A DNA stretch of 64,000 bases from Octopus vulgaris (GCA_951406725.2 OX597828.1:31124001-31188000); one strand, 5' to 3'. Positions 26,665-41,445 are shown, counted from the stretch's first letter. Notes: generated by a model from the letters alone, not told the origin. Program-made: numbers and translations.

Positions 26665-27043
26665 TCACAAACAATGACAGACAAAAGCATTAAGCCGATT
26701 ACATCGATCACAGTGCGTAACTGGTACTTAATTTATCGACTCTGAAAGGATGAAAGGCAATGTCGACCTCGGCGGAATTTGAACTCAGAACGTAACGGCA
26801 GACGTAATACCTATTTCTTTACTACCCCAAGGGGTTAAACACAGAGAGGTCAAACAAGGACAGACACACGGATTAAGTCGATTATATCGACCTTAGTGCG
26901 TAACTGGTACTTATTTAATCGACCCCGAAAGGATGAAAGGCAAAGTCAACCTCGGCGGAATTTGAACTCAGAACGTAGCGGGAGACGAAATACCGATAAA
27001 CATTTTGCCCGGCAAGTTAACATTTCTGCCAGTTCGCCGCCTT
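26665..27043 (-). mobile_element. SINE dimer (Nin/Deu-type)
   Basis: Minus-strand head aaggcggcgaactggcagaa, two core copies, and junction aaagaaatag|gtattacgtc at ~26810. Confidence 0.92.
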
Positions 27044-27479
27044 ACTATAAACGAAATATTACCTACAGCAGCCTGCCAAAGAACCAGTCTAGCAGACACC
27101 TATGTCACCTGGGTCGCTGACCTTAGATATCATATAACACGAACTATAGTTTCAACCTCAACGGCCAGTTATGATGATCAATCTTTCAATTTATATTTGG
27201 CCTCAACAGACTTCCGCCACCTCCATGCTGCATTCTTGGATCTTCTTTTGTTTACAAAATTACTTCTCATCTGATGATTATGGTTAATTTTTTTTTTTTT
27301 TGTAATGGAGTAATTTTCTCAGTCGTCTATTAAACAGATGCGTAAGAAACAGTCGCAATGAGCAGACAAATATATATCGTATATTGGATATTATTCGTTT
27401 CATTATATAGCTAGCGAGCTAGATATATAAGTAGATAGAATCCCATAAGCCTAAGGGTGCTGAGGTTTAAGCATGAACG

Positions 27480-28090
27480 CATATGTGGCTATGCGGAATT
27501 CTGTTCTTGATTCGACGGTCATTCGGAATGCTCACAGCAGCCATATTCCTACCACTCTATGTCACGCTGGTGAGACCCATATTGGAATACGGGATTCAAG
27601 CCTCTTCTCCTTATCTCCTCAAAGAATACATCATCTCGAAAGAGTCCAGAAGCTGGCTACCCGCATGGTTCATGGTCTCAAAAATTTGTCCTACGAAGAA
27701 ATGCTGAGGACGCTCGACCTTTATTCTGTAGAAAAACGCCGCCGCCGTGGTGATCTCATTCTCGCCCACAGCATCATAAGCGGAAAGTGTAACCTCTTGA
27801 AAGAGCTGTTCTTCAATCCTGCTCCAGATCGTCGGCTGCGGGGTCATTCCGAAAAGCTCTACCTGCGACGATTTCATCTCAATCGAAGGAGAGGAGCTTT
27901 CTCCGTCCGGGTTGCGGATCCGTGGAACAAGCTGCCAGACGAGATGGTGAAGATGCCGACGACCGCTTTGTTCAAAGCCTCCCTTGACCTCAAGTGGCCT
28001 GAACTCTTTACATGAACACCACCCTGTACTTAACTCCATGTCCCCCTACATTGCCTTGCTATTTGTTTTTGAGCCAAATTAACTAACTAT
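27480..28090 (+). mobile_element. 5'-truncated CR1-clade LINE (RT C-terminal region, frameshifted)
   Basis: LYVTLVRPILEYGIQASSPYL, then a frameshift into LERVQKLATRMVHGLKNLSYEE...RRRRGDLI...RGH...FSVRVADPWNKLP. Short (AACT)n tail. Confidence 0.9.
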
Positions 28091-29004
28091 GCATGTCCGT
28101 GCGTGTATTTATGCGTCTGAAAATATATGGGTAAGATTTTAAAACCACTACATTTATCTGAAATATTAAATTCGTCACAATCACGGGAAATATTATATCT
28201 TTACGGTGGTGTATTTCGAAATAAATAATTACGTCGAGAATATGCTCGTATATACTCGTACTTAAATCCCTTCCAACAGTTTCTAAGTGTGCTTTTTACC
28301 TGATGTCACGTTTATACTCCATGTCTTTAAATTAAATGAATGTAAAACAAGGCTGTTTTAAAATACCTCGCATGTCTATTGTCGACGATACACCTTTTGA
28401 AATGGAATTAAATAATTGAGAATTTCACAAGGAAATTACTTTCCTGCAGCTTTTTCCCTCATATGATTACTTTTTCATTTGAAGGTTTGTATTCATTGTT
28501 TAATTTCCTTTTGAATCTTCCTTGAAACGTCAGCGGATAATATGATTTTTTCATTACAACTCAGGTATAGGCGTGAAAAATCGACTTTCAGCAGCTTTAT
28601 CATTTATGAAAACATCGAAAAACGCATACAAGTAAAAAAAAATCTATTATCTTTAATAGAAAAAAATACAACAACTATTTTCAACATATATTTTGAAATA
28701 TATTCTGATTAAGTAAGCATTTTGCGCTGAAGGTATTGATTTTTTGACTTACTTTTTAAGATTTAAATTAAGTTTTAACTCAACAAGTATCACAATATTG
28801 ATAATTATTTTTTTTCTCTTCTCACGGTAAATTGCTTTGAAAGAAATTATTCTTAGATTAACATTTACATCTGTGACCTCCAGATACCAAAAACTAATAT
28901 GTGAAAATATTCGTTTGAAATATAATATACAAGAAGAATATACATGATATTTGGAGAAATATAGTAGCATACGAATATACAAATAAAGAAACCATCGCAA
29001 AAGG

Positions 29005-29006
<2 letters not shown>

Positions 29007-29102
<96 letters not shown>

Positions 29103-29275
29103 TATATAAATATATATAACATGTATAATATATATGTATATATATGTATGTATACATGGCTTATTTATATATATATATGTATATATATATATAATATGTA
29201 TAATATATATGTATATATATGTATGTATACATGTTTGAGTGCATGCGTGTATGTATGTGTGAGTGAGTGTGTGAG
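29007..29275. repeat. (TA)n and degenerate (TATG) microsatellite
   Basis: Direct inspection. Confidence 0.95.
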
Positions 29276-30056
29276 AGGATTATTTTCTTTGAATGTTTAT
29301 GAAGTTCATTTTAAGAGTGTTCCCAGTGTTTGTAAATCAGTGGTTCAATTGGTGCGTTGGTTGAGCTGTCGATGCACACTCTCTGGTGTTGTGCATGCAT
29401 TCACATAAGAATCTCAAATGGAGAAATTTTGAAATGTCATACGCATATTCACTGTGCTTCCTAATATGTTGGATTTGGAGATTCCACGTCAGTTTCTTTT
29501 GCTCATTGTTCGTGGTACCAATTATTTATAGTTTTTTTTTACACATTGGTATCAGGAATCTCCTTCTGGAATTCCTCATGAGAAGTGCGTGAGGGCGGAC
29601 ATGTCTAAAGATCGTGCGTGTTGGCACGTCCGTAGCACTGATTCTATGTTACGTATTATACGTGCAATTTCTCCTTTTTCCATAGTACATGAGCATGGTA
29701 TCAAAAATGAACGTACACGCATCCAGGTGTATCTAAATATGTTAATTACCAAACACCAGCCTGTTGTTAATTTGGGGTCCTGGTATCTCTGAGGATAGCT
29801 TCCTTTATTTTTAGATTAGCCAAAAGTGTTTCAATGGCCTCAACTTTATGCTTTTGTCGGTGTTCAGGCATCTGTCTATATGTTTTCTGAAGGAGGTGGC
29901 TTTCGTGTTTACATGCTTTCTAATGCGAATATGTATATACACCGAGACAAAGCCACAGATTAATACGGTTTAACTAAATATAGAGACTGGTTATTACATA
30001 TATAGATAATTGAAGAGAGCTAGAATTGATGATTCTCTACTACAATAAGAATAGAA

Positions 30057-30104
<48 letters not shown>

Positions 30105-30149
30105 TCTGCGTTAGCTACGATACGTTAACTTTTAACGGAAATAAAGTTG

Positions 30150-30185
<36 letters not shown>

Positions 30186-32579
30186 ATGTATGTGTGTGCT
30201 ACATGGAGAAGGGATACATTTCTATTAGGAGATAGAAGACACCTCCCCGTAACGCACATGTCGTAAATACGTGATCCTGCAATGTAAATAATGGAATAAA
30301 TTTTGAAGATAATTGATTCACAATGCATTAACTTAGTCATATTCAGGTACATGTGTACGTATAGAAATAGAGACAGAGAAAGTCATTAATTAAAATGCAT
30401 TGTCTTTCAGAGAGTGCTTTCAAATTAATGAGACAGATCGATCATCTGCGGAATCCTCGAATTGAGAAAGGACACTATCTGCTGCTGCATTCAGTAATTA
30501 AAGTCAGACAATCCTAGCGTCAGGATGATTTATAATCTCCAAGAAAAATGCAATGAATTTAAAATATGCACAAGCATAAGGTCAAATATTTTGGTGGATC
30601 TTCATAGGCGCTCATATCGAATAAGCGATTCGAATCGTTTTCTTATCTGTTATTTCTTTCGTTGTTTTTCCAAGATTCAAATTACATGATATATATTTCA
30701 TGTACCAATGTATTGAGTACAAGTTCATGTGAAGACTTCGTATTAAGATTTTGCTTTTAATCTATAGTATTTACCAACAGTTCAAAACTTTAGTTAAACG
30801 TTCTGTTTTCATTAATAGATTTAATTTCGCGCTCTCGGAACATGTTCGACTACGTTGTGCTGTCAATTCTAATCTGCATTTGTGTTCTCTTCCTGACAAT
30901 AGAAACTACTGCCATCAAATACGTCAAAATCATTTCTTTTTAAATATATCTATTGCTGCATCCTCTGCTTCCACGAAAGTTAATTTCTGTCTTTCCATCT
31001 TGTGTATGTCCATATATTTTTCCTACGTTTATTGTAGTATAAGCATAATTCCTTCTATCATAGCAGTTTTATCTATATTATCTATATATTCTTCCCTACA
31101 TTTCATTCTATATCCCATAGGGTGTCTTAGTAGAATTTTCTATTAATTGTGATTATATGCACTAAAGCGTGATTCTATATACCAAACTTATACTTTAGCC
31201 GTAGCAGTATTTACATCCAGAGGTTTATAAGGATATATCCTTGAATTACGCCTGTATACATATGCAATTATGATTTTAAATAATTGCAGCGGAAATTCTG
31301 GTTTCCTCTAAATATTTAATGACTGTGTTCTAAACAGTCTCTTTTGTGACTAGACTTAGTGTTATTCACAGGATTTTTGAGGTCTGAGTTTTCTTTATCT
31401 TTTTCTCTTTTTCGATCTGAGTACGTTAAGTTGTAATACCAAAACAATTATTTAAAGAAATTCTTGTAGTAATAAAAAATCACACAGATTTTATTTTTTC
31501 ATGTTAATTACATTCAGCTAAATGCCATCCTACATGTAAATCAATTACGTACACCGGATCAATATCATTTACTTCGGAGTTCATTTATCATGCACAGTAT
31601 TATACTTGATACATTGCCATTTTAATATAGTAGGTATGTATTAAAACACGGCATGTGATTATAACTAAAGCATACAAAATTACAAGAGAGTATAAATAAA
31701 AGATAATATTTTAAATATTCGAAGTTTCACGCAGCACGAAATCATCATAAATAGCACTTGATATATCAGTATTATATTGTCAAATGTAAATGTTAAACTA
31801 TATGTTTATTACATATTATACATTTATTATTATATTTATTCTATTCCATTATTTAGTTCTAAAATACACAAATCTATGTGGGATCCAGCTGTAAGTGTCT
31901 CGAAATATATTTGATCAAATTGATATTTATAAAGAGCGGCTGTAGCAACATCGAAAGCGTATGGTACTTAATACTAAAATTCAGCCGTACACATACGTGC
32001 CCACACATACATACACGCCTGCGTACGCACAAGCATATGTAAGAATGTCACGTTCAAACATGCATAATATAAAAGGGCATCTTGTCACTTTTTATATTCT
32101 ATTAACAACATGATTGCCGTTAAATATTATTCTAGCGAATATTATTATAAAATCCCGTTATATCCTCTTTCGACTACAAAGGGTACTATATGATCAACAG
32201 TATCGTATAAGACTTATTTACCTACTCAGATTGCAAGCGGTATTTAGTGTTTATGCGAAGTTAGGCAAAAGTTCTTCATAGCAAATCATTGTATACTAAG
32301 ATCAAGAAGAGTCATACAGAGTATTAACCAAAGAAAAATCTAATATGAATAACATGTATTAAGCATGCATCTTTACGTCTGAGATCTAACTCACCAAATA
32401 GAGAAACCAATGTTTAACACCGAGGAGTCGATTAAATATACATTATTCCCGTAAGTGGCTGTTTGATAATATTAATCCCCAATATGTGCTTTCTTGCATA
32501 TTACGCGAAAGGAACACCATTACACTAACAACAACATCAATAAATCAATAACGATCAACACCAACAACAAACATAACAA

Positions 32580-32581
32580 CA

Positions 32582-32625
<44 letters not shown>

Positions 32626-32679
32626 ATTCTAATAACAACAACAGCAAAAATAAGAAAAATAATAATAATAATAATAATA

Positions 32680-32751
<72 letters not shown>

Positions 32752-32790
32752 GTTACTATCATTATTGTTATTATTGCTGTTGTTGTTATT
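32580..32790. repeat. Compound (CTA)n(TAA)n(TTA)n(TTG)n microsatellite
   Basis: Direct inspection. Confidence 0.95.
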
Positions 32791-33098
32791 GAGAAACCCA
32801 GATAGAAAATCCAGATAATTAATAGCAGCCTACCGAAGTCACCACCCCAAAGCAGACGCAGATAGAATATACCTATCCGGCTTAGAAGAAGTCCGTGTCC
32901 TGGTAAAGAAAGACAACTACTATAAAATAACAACAGTGGAAGAAGCAAAGTTCTTAGAAACAAAGAGGGAAAGACTGCTGCAAGTAGAAAAGCAACACGT
33001 GAAAATAGAAAACGCTTCTCTCTGTACACGAGGAGGCGAGAAAATAGAAGCTAGAAGCAAACTATACTGACACACAAACCTAAGATGACTACATAGTA
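32791..33098 (+). mobile_element. Dong/R4 non-LTR retrotransposon fragment upstream of the telomeric array
   Basis: DRKSR...AAYRSHHPKADADRIYL matches the LDRKTRKL...HPKSDTDGLY motif seen in the 39530-41000 copy. Confidence 0.75.
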
Positions 33099-33099
33099 G

Positions 33100-35246
33100 A
33101 AACCTTAACCCTAACCCTAAAACTAACACAAACTCTAACCCTAAACCTAACCCTAACTCTAACCTTAACCCTAACCCTAGTCGTAAGCCTAACACTAATC
33201 CTAACACTAGCCTTAACCCTAACACTAAAGCTTAACCATAACCCTAACCATAACATATCCCTAAACCTGAATCTAATCCAAACGCTAACCCTAACCCTAA
33301 CCCTAAACGTAAACGTAATCCAAATCCTAACCCTAAACCTAAACCTAACACTAACCCTAACCCTAACCCTAACACTAACCATAAACATAACCCTAACTCT
33401 AACCCTAACCCTATCCTAACCCTAGCAGTAACCATAACCCTAACACTAAACTTAATCCTAAACCTAACCCTACTCGTAACTCTAACCCTAAGCCTAACCC
33501 TCACCATAACCCTAACCATAACCCTAACCCTAACACTAACTCTGACCCTAACCTTAAACCTAAACCCTAACCCTAACCATAACCCTAATCCTAAACCTAA
33601 CGCTAACCCTAGCCGAAACCCTAACCCTAACCATAAACTTAACCCTAACCCTAAACGCTAACCCTAACCATAACCCTAACCCTCACCATAACCCTAACCA
33701 TAACCCTAACCCTAACACTAACACTAAATCTAAACCTTACACTAACCCTAACCAAAACGCTAACCCTAACCCTAACATAAATCTAACCTAACCCTAAATT
33801 TAACCCTAGCATTAAAACTTTACCCTAACCCTAACCCTAAACCTAAACCTAAACCTAACCCTAACCCAAACTCTAACACTAACCCTCACCCTAACCCTAA
33901 CCATAAACCTAACCCTAACACTAATTCTAACCCTAATACTAACCCTAACATTAAACATAAACCCTAACCCTATCCCTAACCCTAACCCTAACCATAACCC
34001 TAACACTAACCCAAACCCTACCCGCTAACGCTAAGCCTAAACCTAACCTAACGGTAACCCTAAAACTGAACTTAACCCTAACTCTAAACCAAACCCTAAC
34101 CTTAACCCTAACTCTAACCCTAAACCTAACGCTAACCCTAACACTAACACTAATACTAACCCTAATCCTAAACCTAACCCTAATCCTAACCATAACCTTA
34201 ACCCTAACCCTAAACCTAACCCTAACCCTAACCCAAACCCTAACCCTAAACTTAACCCTAACCCCAACCTAACCCTAACCCTAGCTCTAACCCTAACCCT
34301 AACCCTAACCCTAGCTCTTAACCATAATCCTAACTCTAACCCTAAACCTAAGCATAAATCTAACCCTAAACCTCGCCCTAATCCTAACCTAAACCCTAAC
34401 CCTAACACCACCCTAACTCTAACCCTAAACCAAACACTAACGCTAACCCTAAACCTAACACTAAACCTAACCCTAACACTAACCTTAACTCAAAAAATAA
34501 ACCAAACCCTAACCAAAATTCAAACAGTAACCCTCACCCTAACCCTAACTTTAAAGCTAACCTTAACCCTAACACTTAACCCTAAATCTAACCCTAACCC
34601 TAACCCTAAAACTTACCCTAAACCTAACACTAACGCTCACCCTAATCATAAACCTAACCCTAACCCTAAACCTAACGCTAACCCTAACCCAAAATCAAAA
34701 CCCTAACCCTAACCCCGACCGAAACTATTAATCCTAAACCTTATCTTAACCCTAACACTAACCCTAAACCTAACCCTAACCTAACCCTAAACCTAACCCT
34801 AAACCAAACCATAACCGTAACCCTCACACTCAGCCTAACCCTAACCCTAACAATTACCATACCCCTAACCCAAACAATAACCTTAACACTAAACTTAACC
34901 CTAACCCTAACCCTAAATCTAACCCTAACCCTAACCCAAACCCTAACACTAAACTTAACCCTAACCCTAACCCTAACTCTAAATTAAACCTAACCCTAAC
35001 CCTAACACTAACCCTAAACCTAACCCTATCCCGACCCCTAACCCGAACCCTAACCCTAACTCAAACAATAAACCTCGCCTTAACACTAACCGAAACCCTA
35101 GACCTAACTCTAACCATAACTCTGACACTAACCCTAACCCTAAACCTAACCCTAACCCTAACCCTTAACCTAACACTGACCTTAACACTAACCGTAACCC
35201 TAACCTTATCCCAAAACCTAATCCCAACCCAAAACATAAACATAAA
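33100..35246 (+). repeat. Degenerate interstitial telomeric array (CCCTAA)n, ~2.15 kb
   Basis: CCCTAA with variants CACTAA, CCATAA, ACCTAA, CTCTAA, CGCTAA and CCTTAA, all in one orientation. Confidence 0.95.
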
Positions 35247-35254
35247 CGTTAAAA

Positions 35255-35420
35255 AATACCAATAATACGTGGAGCATTAGGCATGACATAATATCATACG
35301 AACGAAAACTTAGATGTTACACCTGGATCTTCAACACTACATACTGTTCAAAAAATAGCCCTGCTAAGAACAGCCTACGTCCTACGGAAGACGCTATAAA
35401 TCCAATGATACAACCTAATT
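35255..35420 (+). mobile_element. Dong/R4 C-terminal fragment downstream of the telomeric array
   Basis: IPIIRGALGM...TPGSSTLHTVQKIALLRTAYVLRKTL matches the R4/Dong terminal P..IGALG...QK..LLGTA.ILR motif. Confidence 0.82.
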
Positions 35421-37595
35421 CCTTGACTTATTCTAAGATTCGCTCTTTAATTTTGTAGCTTTTGCAGGAGACAGAATCACAAGTTATTATACTTACTTGA
35501 AATTTTATTTTACTTTGTTTCTATCAAATCCTTTCGTAAGATGTCGGGGTCGGTTTTCATCATCAGATTCTCTAGCATTCTCTTTGAACGGGTAGTGCTA
35601 GATGTGCCTAGAATATGATTCACGTTTCCACCAGAAGATTATTGTTCACATCTTTCTTCAGAAATAAAGGAAAATAGAATCAGCTGAGTTTGTTTTATTG
35701 TTCTATCTTTTCTTCAATTGTAAATTTTCAGAGGATTAATGTGATTTTGTAGCTGCGATCCGCTAATGGTTATTTGCTAAAGGTAAATCAATTTTCCTTG
35801 TGTTTAAGACTTCATCTTTATACTTCCATCCGATTTTTTCCTATCTTCAGTTTATCTTATTTCTACAGACGCTGATTTTACAGGTTTTCTTACTAACACA
35901 TTATATGCAAACAACTGCATAGAAGTGGCTTTCATAGAAGTGGCTTCTCAAATACTATGCAGCTGAGCGATATTTAGTACCTGGAAAACCCTTGTCTTCA
36001 CAGGTTTCAGATTTACACCACTACAAATAGAACACCAAAACATACAATGGTTCTGGTAATCGTAAAGGGAAATTCGTAATGGAAAATAATTCGCAGATGT
36101 CACTACTTTCTTTTCAAGTATCATAATAATACAAATTTGTGTCCATAAATGTATCATATGACCAAAGTTTTCATACTTAGATTTAGAGAAGTTTAAAGAA
36201 TTATTCTACTGAAGTAGACTGTAGCTTGGTCAATAACTACTTTCATGTTATATAACTGGAAAAGTTGTCTGCAATAGATCAGTGTCATGTACAAGAGAGA
36301 CGAATTAATATCCATCTAAACAGTGACCGAAATTCTGGATTATTGATTGTAGTTTGTAAGTTATTAAAGCTCGGTTTTTAAAGAGTTGTTCTCGTATCGT
36401 TCTCTCTACAGTTTCATGCAGAGTTTGTTCAACCACAATCTGATGGAACCTCTAATACAGACATAGAAAACTGGTGATTTGATAGAAAGCCACCAAGCCG
36501 AAAGTAGTTATACTACTATCTATCAAACCAAGCTTCAATTTAATTTACAATGCATTGGAATAAAAAAAACAAACTAAATAAATAAATCTATATATAATAG
36601 ATTCCTTATTTTTGTTAAAGCAAATGGTGAAACCCTGGAATATGAAATAAACTGAATATTTTAAAACAAATTCTGTTTTGAATAATTAATTTACAATGAA
36701 TACCATGTGTAACATTTTCAAAATATCTTGAAAAGTACTTCTCTAACAAGATTTTCAATTAGCTTTTATATCATTGCAATGGAATTTCCGCTAAATAATC
36801 ATTACGAATCTAAATCAATGACAATTTATTAAGATAAATTATGCAAAACCCAAAGCAATTTGGTGGAGCCTGTACATACACCGTCGGTAATATTTCGATG
36901 AATTACCAGGAAATACACAGCATAGAAAATGGTTAGAGATAATTATAGCTATTTGCGTATTCAACACATACCATTAAGCTAGTTCCCAGATACTCATCTA
37001 ACCTATCATAATTCATAAAATATACACAACTTTGTTTTCCAAAGCAGGATGATAAAATAAAAATATAATCAAATGTCCAGTTCGCTGATATGTATCAATC
37101 ATCTCTTTCCATTTTCATTATTTCTACGCACACATCAATGATGGCAAATCATATAAGTATGTTTTTTATCTGGAAATGTCGGACCATTGTTTTTCTCGTG
37201 TGTAATAGATATAGCTAATTTACGTCCGAATGTTGTTTTGATGTCTCGAAATATATTTTTTTGAAGTACAAATACATTTTTGATGTGGTAAAATATTATT
37301 TTAAAAAAATCCTGCTGTGTTAGTATTTTATAACACCATATACCTCTTTTATTTTTGCGTAATTTTAAAGTGTATTTCGATGGTGTGGTTGGATTTCTTC
37401 CGTATCATTTTATGATACATTGACACTCAATAGCTGCGTCTGTGATATTTTTATACCGAGAAAATAATATTACAATGGCAGGCATGCATATGCATGTATA
37501 TATGTATGTATGTATGTATGTATTTATGTATGTATGTAAGTATGTATACATGTATGTATGCATGTATGTATGCATATGTGTATTTATATATGTGA

Positions 37596-37642
<47 letters not shown>

Positions 37643-37763
37643 GTATAAACATGCGTACTTGTCCGTATTTATGTGTATGAGATATGTATACACGTCTCAT
37701 ACATATATATGTATAAACACACATATCATAGGGATATATGTACACACACAAATACATACATAC

Positions 37764-37813
<50 letters not shown>

Positions 37814-38379
37814 ACACATGCACATATAAATGCATCCATGCACGTACCTATATTTGTATTTTTTCTTTCTGTTGGCGGCGACAATGAATATTGTTTGTCT
37901 AACGGTCATGTGTGCGAGGTTATAAACTAAAGCCAAAGCTACAAATACAGACATATTCATACTCTTCAAAGAAATCAATGCTGACCAGTATCACATAAAC
38001 CCAAGCCGAAACACGATGTGACATATTACCCAATCTAGGCATTGTTGAGGCCTCCCTGCAGCATACAAGGTTACGACTATTTAAACCACAAATATATAAA
38101 TAATCTCCAACAACATTGTCAATTCCTGCTATAATTTTCTGATTGGATGCAAAACAATATTAGCAAATATCGAACATGAAAGCTACTTTGTTTTAACATA
38201 TTAATGGGGTTGCGTGAACACAAGTGAAATTGCACAACGAAACCTCTATCCCCGGACTTCATTCAGTTTCACACCAATGCATTTGTTTCTCTCTTTGGTG
38301 AGCTGGTTAGATTTCCCTTCCTCCACAAAAGCCAATAGTTACATGTATATATGTTTGTATGTATGTATGTATGTATATA

Positions 38380-38635
38380 TGTCATTATTCAGTTTTATTT
38401 AAAGATTTCTTGCCAATAGGGAAAGAGCCGGTTTCTAACCTAGAACCAAGGCTTTTTCATTAGAATTTCTACATCAACAGCAAGGTATTTTGTATGTAAA
38501 TATGTATGTATGCATGCATGTATGTCATTATTCAGTTTATTTCAAGATTTCTTGCCAATAGAGTAAGAATTGGTTTGTAACTGTGATCCATGGTTCCTTC
38601 ATTGGAATTTCAACATCAACAACAGGGTATTTTTG
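38380..38635. repeat. Two diverged tandem copies of a ~115-bp repeat embedded in (TATG)n
   Basis: tgtcattattcagtt...agatttcttgccaatag...gaatttc.acatcaaca...ggtatttt at 38380 and ~38523. Confidence 0.85.
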
Positions 38636-38809
38636 TTTCTTTGTTTGTGAGTATGTAGGTTTGTATGTATGTATGTATATATGTATGTATGTATGCATGT
38701 ATGTATGTATCTATGTATGTATTTTCATGCATAGAATTACATATCTACACATGCTCATATATATTTAATGTGTATAAATAATGTATGTATACATGCATGC
38801 ATGTATGTA

Positions 38810-39070
38810 TGTCACTGACTGGATAGGGTGCTGCACTCATGCTTGCAAGATCGTGGTTTTGATACTAAGAATGGGCGACGCGTTGAATTCTTGAGCAAAA
38901 TATTTCACTTTGCTCTGTGAACATTTCATCACCTGACAAGTGGCATTCCGTGTACCTGTATACGTAATGTTGATGTCATGAAGCGAGTGCGCTTATGTGA
39001 ACAAAAAAACATATGATCACTATAAACAAAACATCTGTGTGATTGTTCAGTAAGAAATTGCAGAATGCAA
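38810..39070 (+). mobile_element. Degenerate tRNA-like SINE (third family)
   Basis: tggatagggtg...gatcgtggttttgatac tRNA-like head, then ttcttgagcaaaa and tgatcactataaacaaa body. Confidence 0.55.
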
Positions 39071-39077
39071 CAGAAGA

Positions 39078-39427
39078 GTCTTCTTCTTCTTCTTCTTCTT
39101 CTTCTTCTTCTTCTTCTTCTTCTTCTTCTTCTTCTTCTTCTTCTTCTTCTTCTTCTTCTTCTTCTTCTTCTTCGTCTTCTTCTTCTTCTTCTTCTTCTTC
39201 GTCTTCTTCTTATCTTCCCCCCTCTCCCTCCTCTTCCTTCCTCGTCTTCTTCGTCTTCTTCGTCTTCTTCTTAATAATAATAATAATAATTATTATTATT
39301 ATCATTATTATTATTGTTGTTGTTGTTGCTGTTGTTGTTGTTGTTGTTATTATTATTATTGTTATTATTATTATTACTATTACTATTACTGTTACTATTA
39401 TTATTATTATTATTATTATTTTTATTA

Positions 39428-39503
<76 letters not shown>

Positions 39504-39528
39504 CATTATTATTATTATCATTATTATT
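39078..39528. repeat. Compound (TCT)n / (TTA)n / (TTG)n microsatellite
   Basis: Direct inspection. The (TTA)n part is the (TAA)n tail or target of the adjacent Dong element. Confidence 0.97.
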
Positions 39529-39529
39529 G

Positions 39530-41002
39530 CACAACTTCTAACACTAGAGATGCACTAAGGTGTCAGCTGTTCACTACCAGTAAACTAAGGTAACACTTCT
39601 TATTTTTCGAGCACCTTCCGGAATATTCGAGAGGTTCCAAGCCGTGCTGTTTTCTGCAAATGATCCACCCTTATTTCAGCCCCTATTTGTTTCACGTACT
39701 TCTCGAGATTTTTACTCACTGTTCTCAGGGCTCCGACAATTATTGGTACCACCACTACCACCTTTTTCATCTACCACAACTGCTTTACATCCCAAGCTAA
39801 CATATTATACCTATCGACTTTTCTTTCTTCCTTGTCGCATAACTTGTTGTCAGCTGAACATGCTACATCTATGATCTAGCATAGTTTGCTTTCTTTGTCA
39901 ATTAAGACTATATTTGGCTTCCTATTCTCAAGCTCATTGTCCCACTAAATCATAAAATCCCACAGGAACATTGCATTATCATTTTCGATGATGTCTTCGG
40001 GTTTGTGGTCGCACCAATTTTTTGCTCTGTCAAGTCCATACTTGTTGCAAATTGTCCGATGTACAAGTCTTGCTATATTGCCGTGGCTTCTCTTATATTC
40101 CTTCTGGGCTAGTGGTGTATAGTGGCTGGTAATATGCCATACTGTTTTACCATTTTGTCCACATATTCTACATTTATTACTTTCTGATGTTATCTTTACT
40201 CTGTATTTTATGTAGATTGTTCTTAGTGTTTGCACTTGGGCAGCAGAGATTAGAGCCACTGTTTCCGGTTTTAAATCCCTTTTAGTCATCCACAGCCATT
40301 TTATTTCTCTGTCATATATTCAACATCCCTATGAAATTATCCATGCATTATTTTGTTTACCCACCTATTTTTAGTTTCATTCGATTTCAATTGCTTGTAT
40401 AGGGATTTATCTTTGCAATCTTTCAAGCTACACAAGCCTGACCTTCTAATAATAAGGGTCCTGTGGCATTTTTGCATACCATGCTATGTTGTTTTCTTTT
40501 GCTCCAATGTTTTGTTCGCATCCAATAAGTCCTCTTCCCCCTCTTTTTCTTGGTACATACAATCCGTCCGTGTCACTTTTTGGGTGGAGTATCCCATATC
40601 TGGTTGGCAACTTCCTTGTCTTTCTGTCTAAGATGTTTAGTTCGTCTACTGTCCATGAGATTACCCCTGCTCCCGATCTAAGGAGTGAAACCGCCTACGT
40701 GCTTATAGCTTCAATCTTATTCCGTCCGTTTACTTTCGATTTTAAGATCAGTTTCAGTCTGCGCAAGTACTCCACCTTAAATTTTTCTGTCATTTATTTT
40801 CTCATCAAATTATTCATTTCCAATATCCCCAAATACTTCTAGCCCGTCTATTGTATCTGCTTCATAACCTCCACCGACGGTATCGTTAGCCCCTCCATAC
40901 ATTTGATTTTGCCTCTCTTCAAGACACTACACTTTCTCAGACCGAACTCCATTCTGATATCAGCACTGAATGTATACACTGTTTCAACTAGGGTACTGGC
41001 TT
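39530..41002 (-). mobile_element. 5'-truncated Dong/R4 retrotransposon (RT end, zinc knuckle, restriction-like endonuclease)
   Basis: FGLRKC, LDRKTRKL..HPKSDTDGLYVPRKRGGRGL, LISAAQ.Q.LRT, CRICG...WHITSH, KNWCDHKPE.IIEND, RKPNIV, PIIVGAL and QKTA.LGTSRIFRKVL. The 3' end abuts (TAA)n. Confidence 0.92.
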
Positions 41003-41036
<34 letters not shown>

Positions 41037-41140
41037 CCATCACCATCATCATAATCATCATCATCATCATCACCACCACCACCACTATCATCACCATCAC
41101 CATCATCATCATCATCATCATCATCATCACCACCATCACC

Positions 41141-41179
<39 letters not shown>

Positions 41180-41268
41180 GTCATCATCATCATCATCATC
41201 ACCACCACCATCATCACCATCACCTTCATCATCATCACCATCACCATCATCACCATCATCACCATCAC

Positions 41269-41318
<50 letters not shown>

Positions 41319-41395
41319 CCATCATCATCACCATCACCATCACCATCATCATCACCATCATCATCACCACCACCACCACCACCACCACCACCACC

Positions 41396-41429
<34 letters not shown>

Positions 41430-41445
41430 TCAATATTATTATAAT
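41003..41445. repeat. (CAT)n/(CAC)n microsatellite between two Dong/R4 copies
   Basis: Direct inspection. It is the source of the spurious poly-H and poly-D ORFs. Confidence 0.97.

Noticed and set aside
32920-35243. (LG)n and (VR)n ORFs
   Set aside because: They are translations of the TTAGGG-type array.
33100-35246. True chromosome end or telomere fusion site
   Set aside because: The array is internal, heavily degenerate and in a single orientation.
35528-35580. CTGATGA...GAAA on the minus strand
   Set aside because: No pairing for stems I-III.
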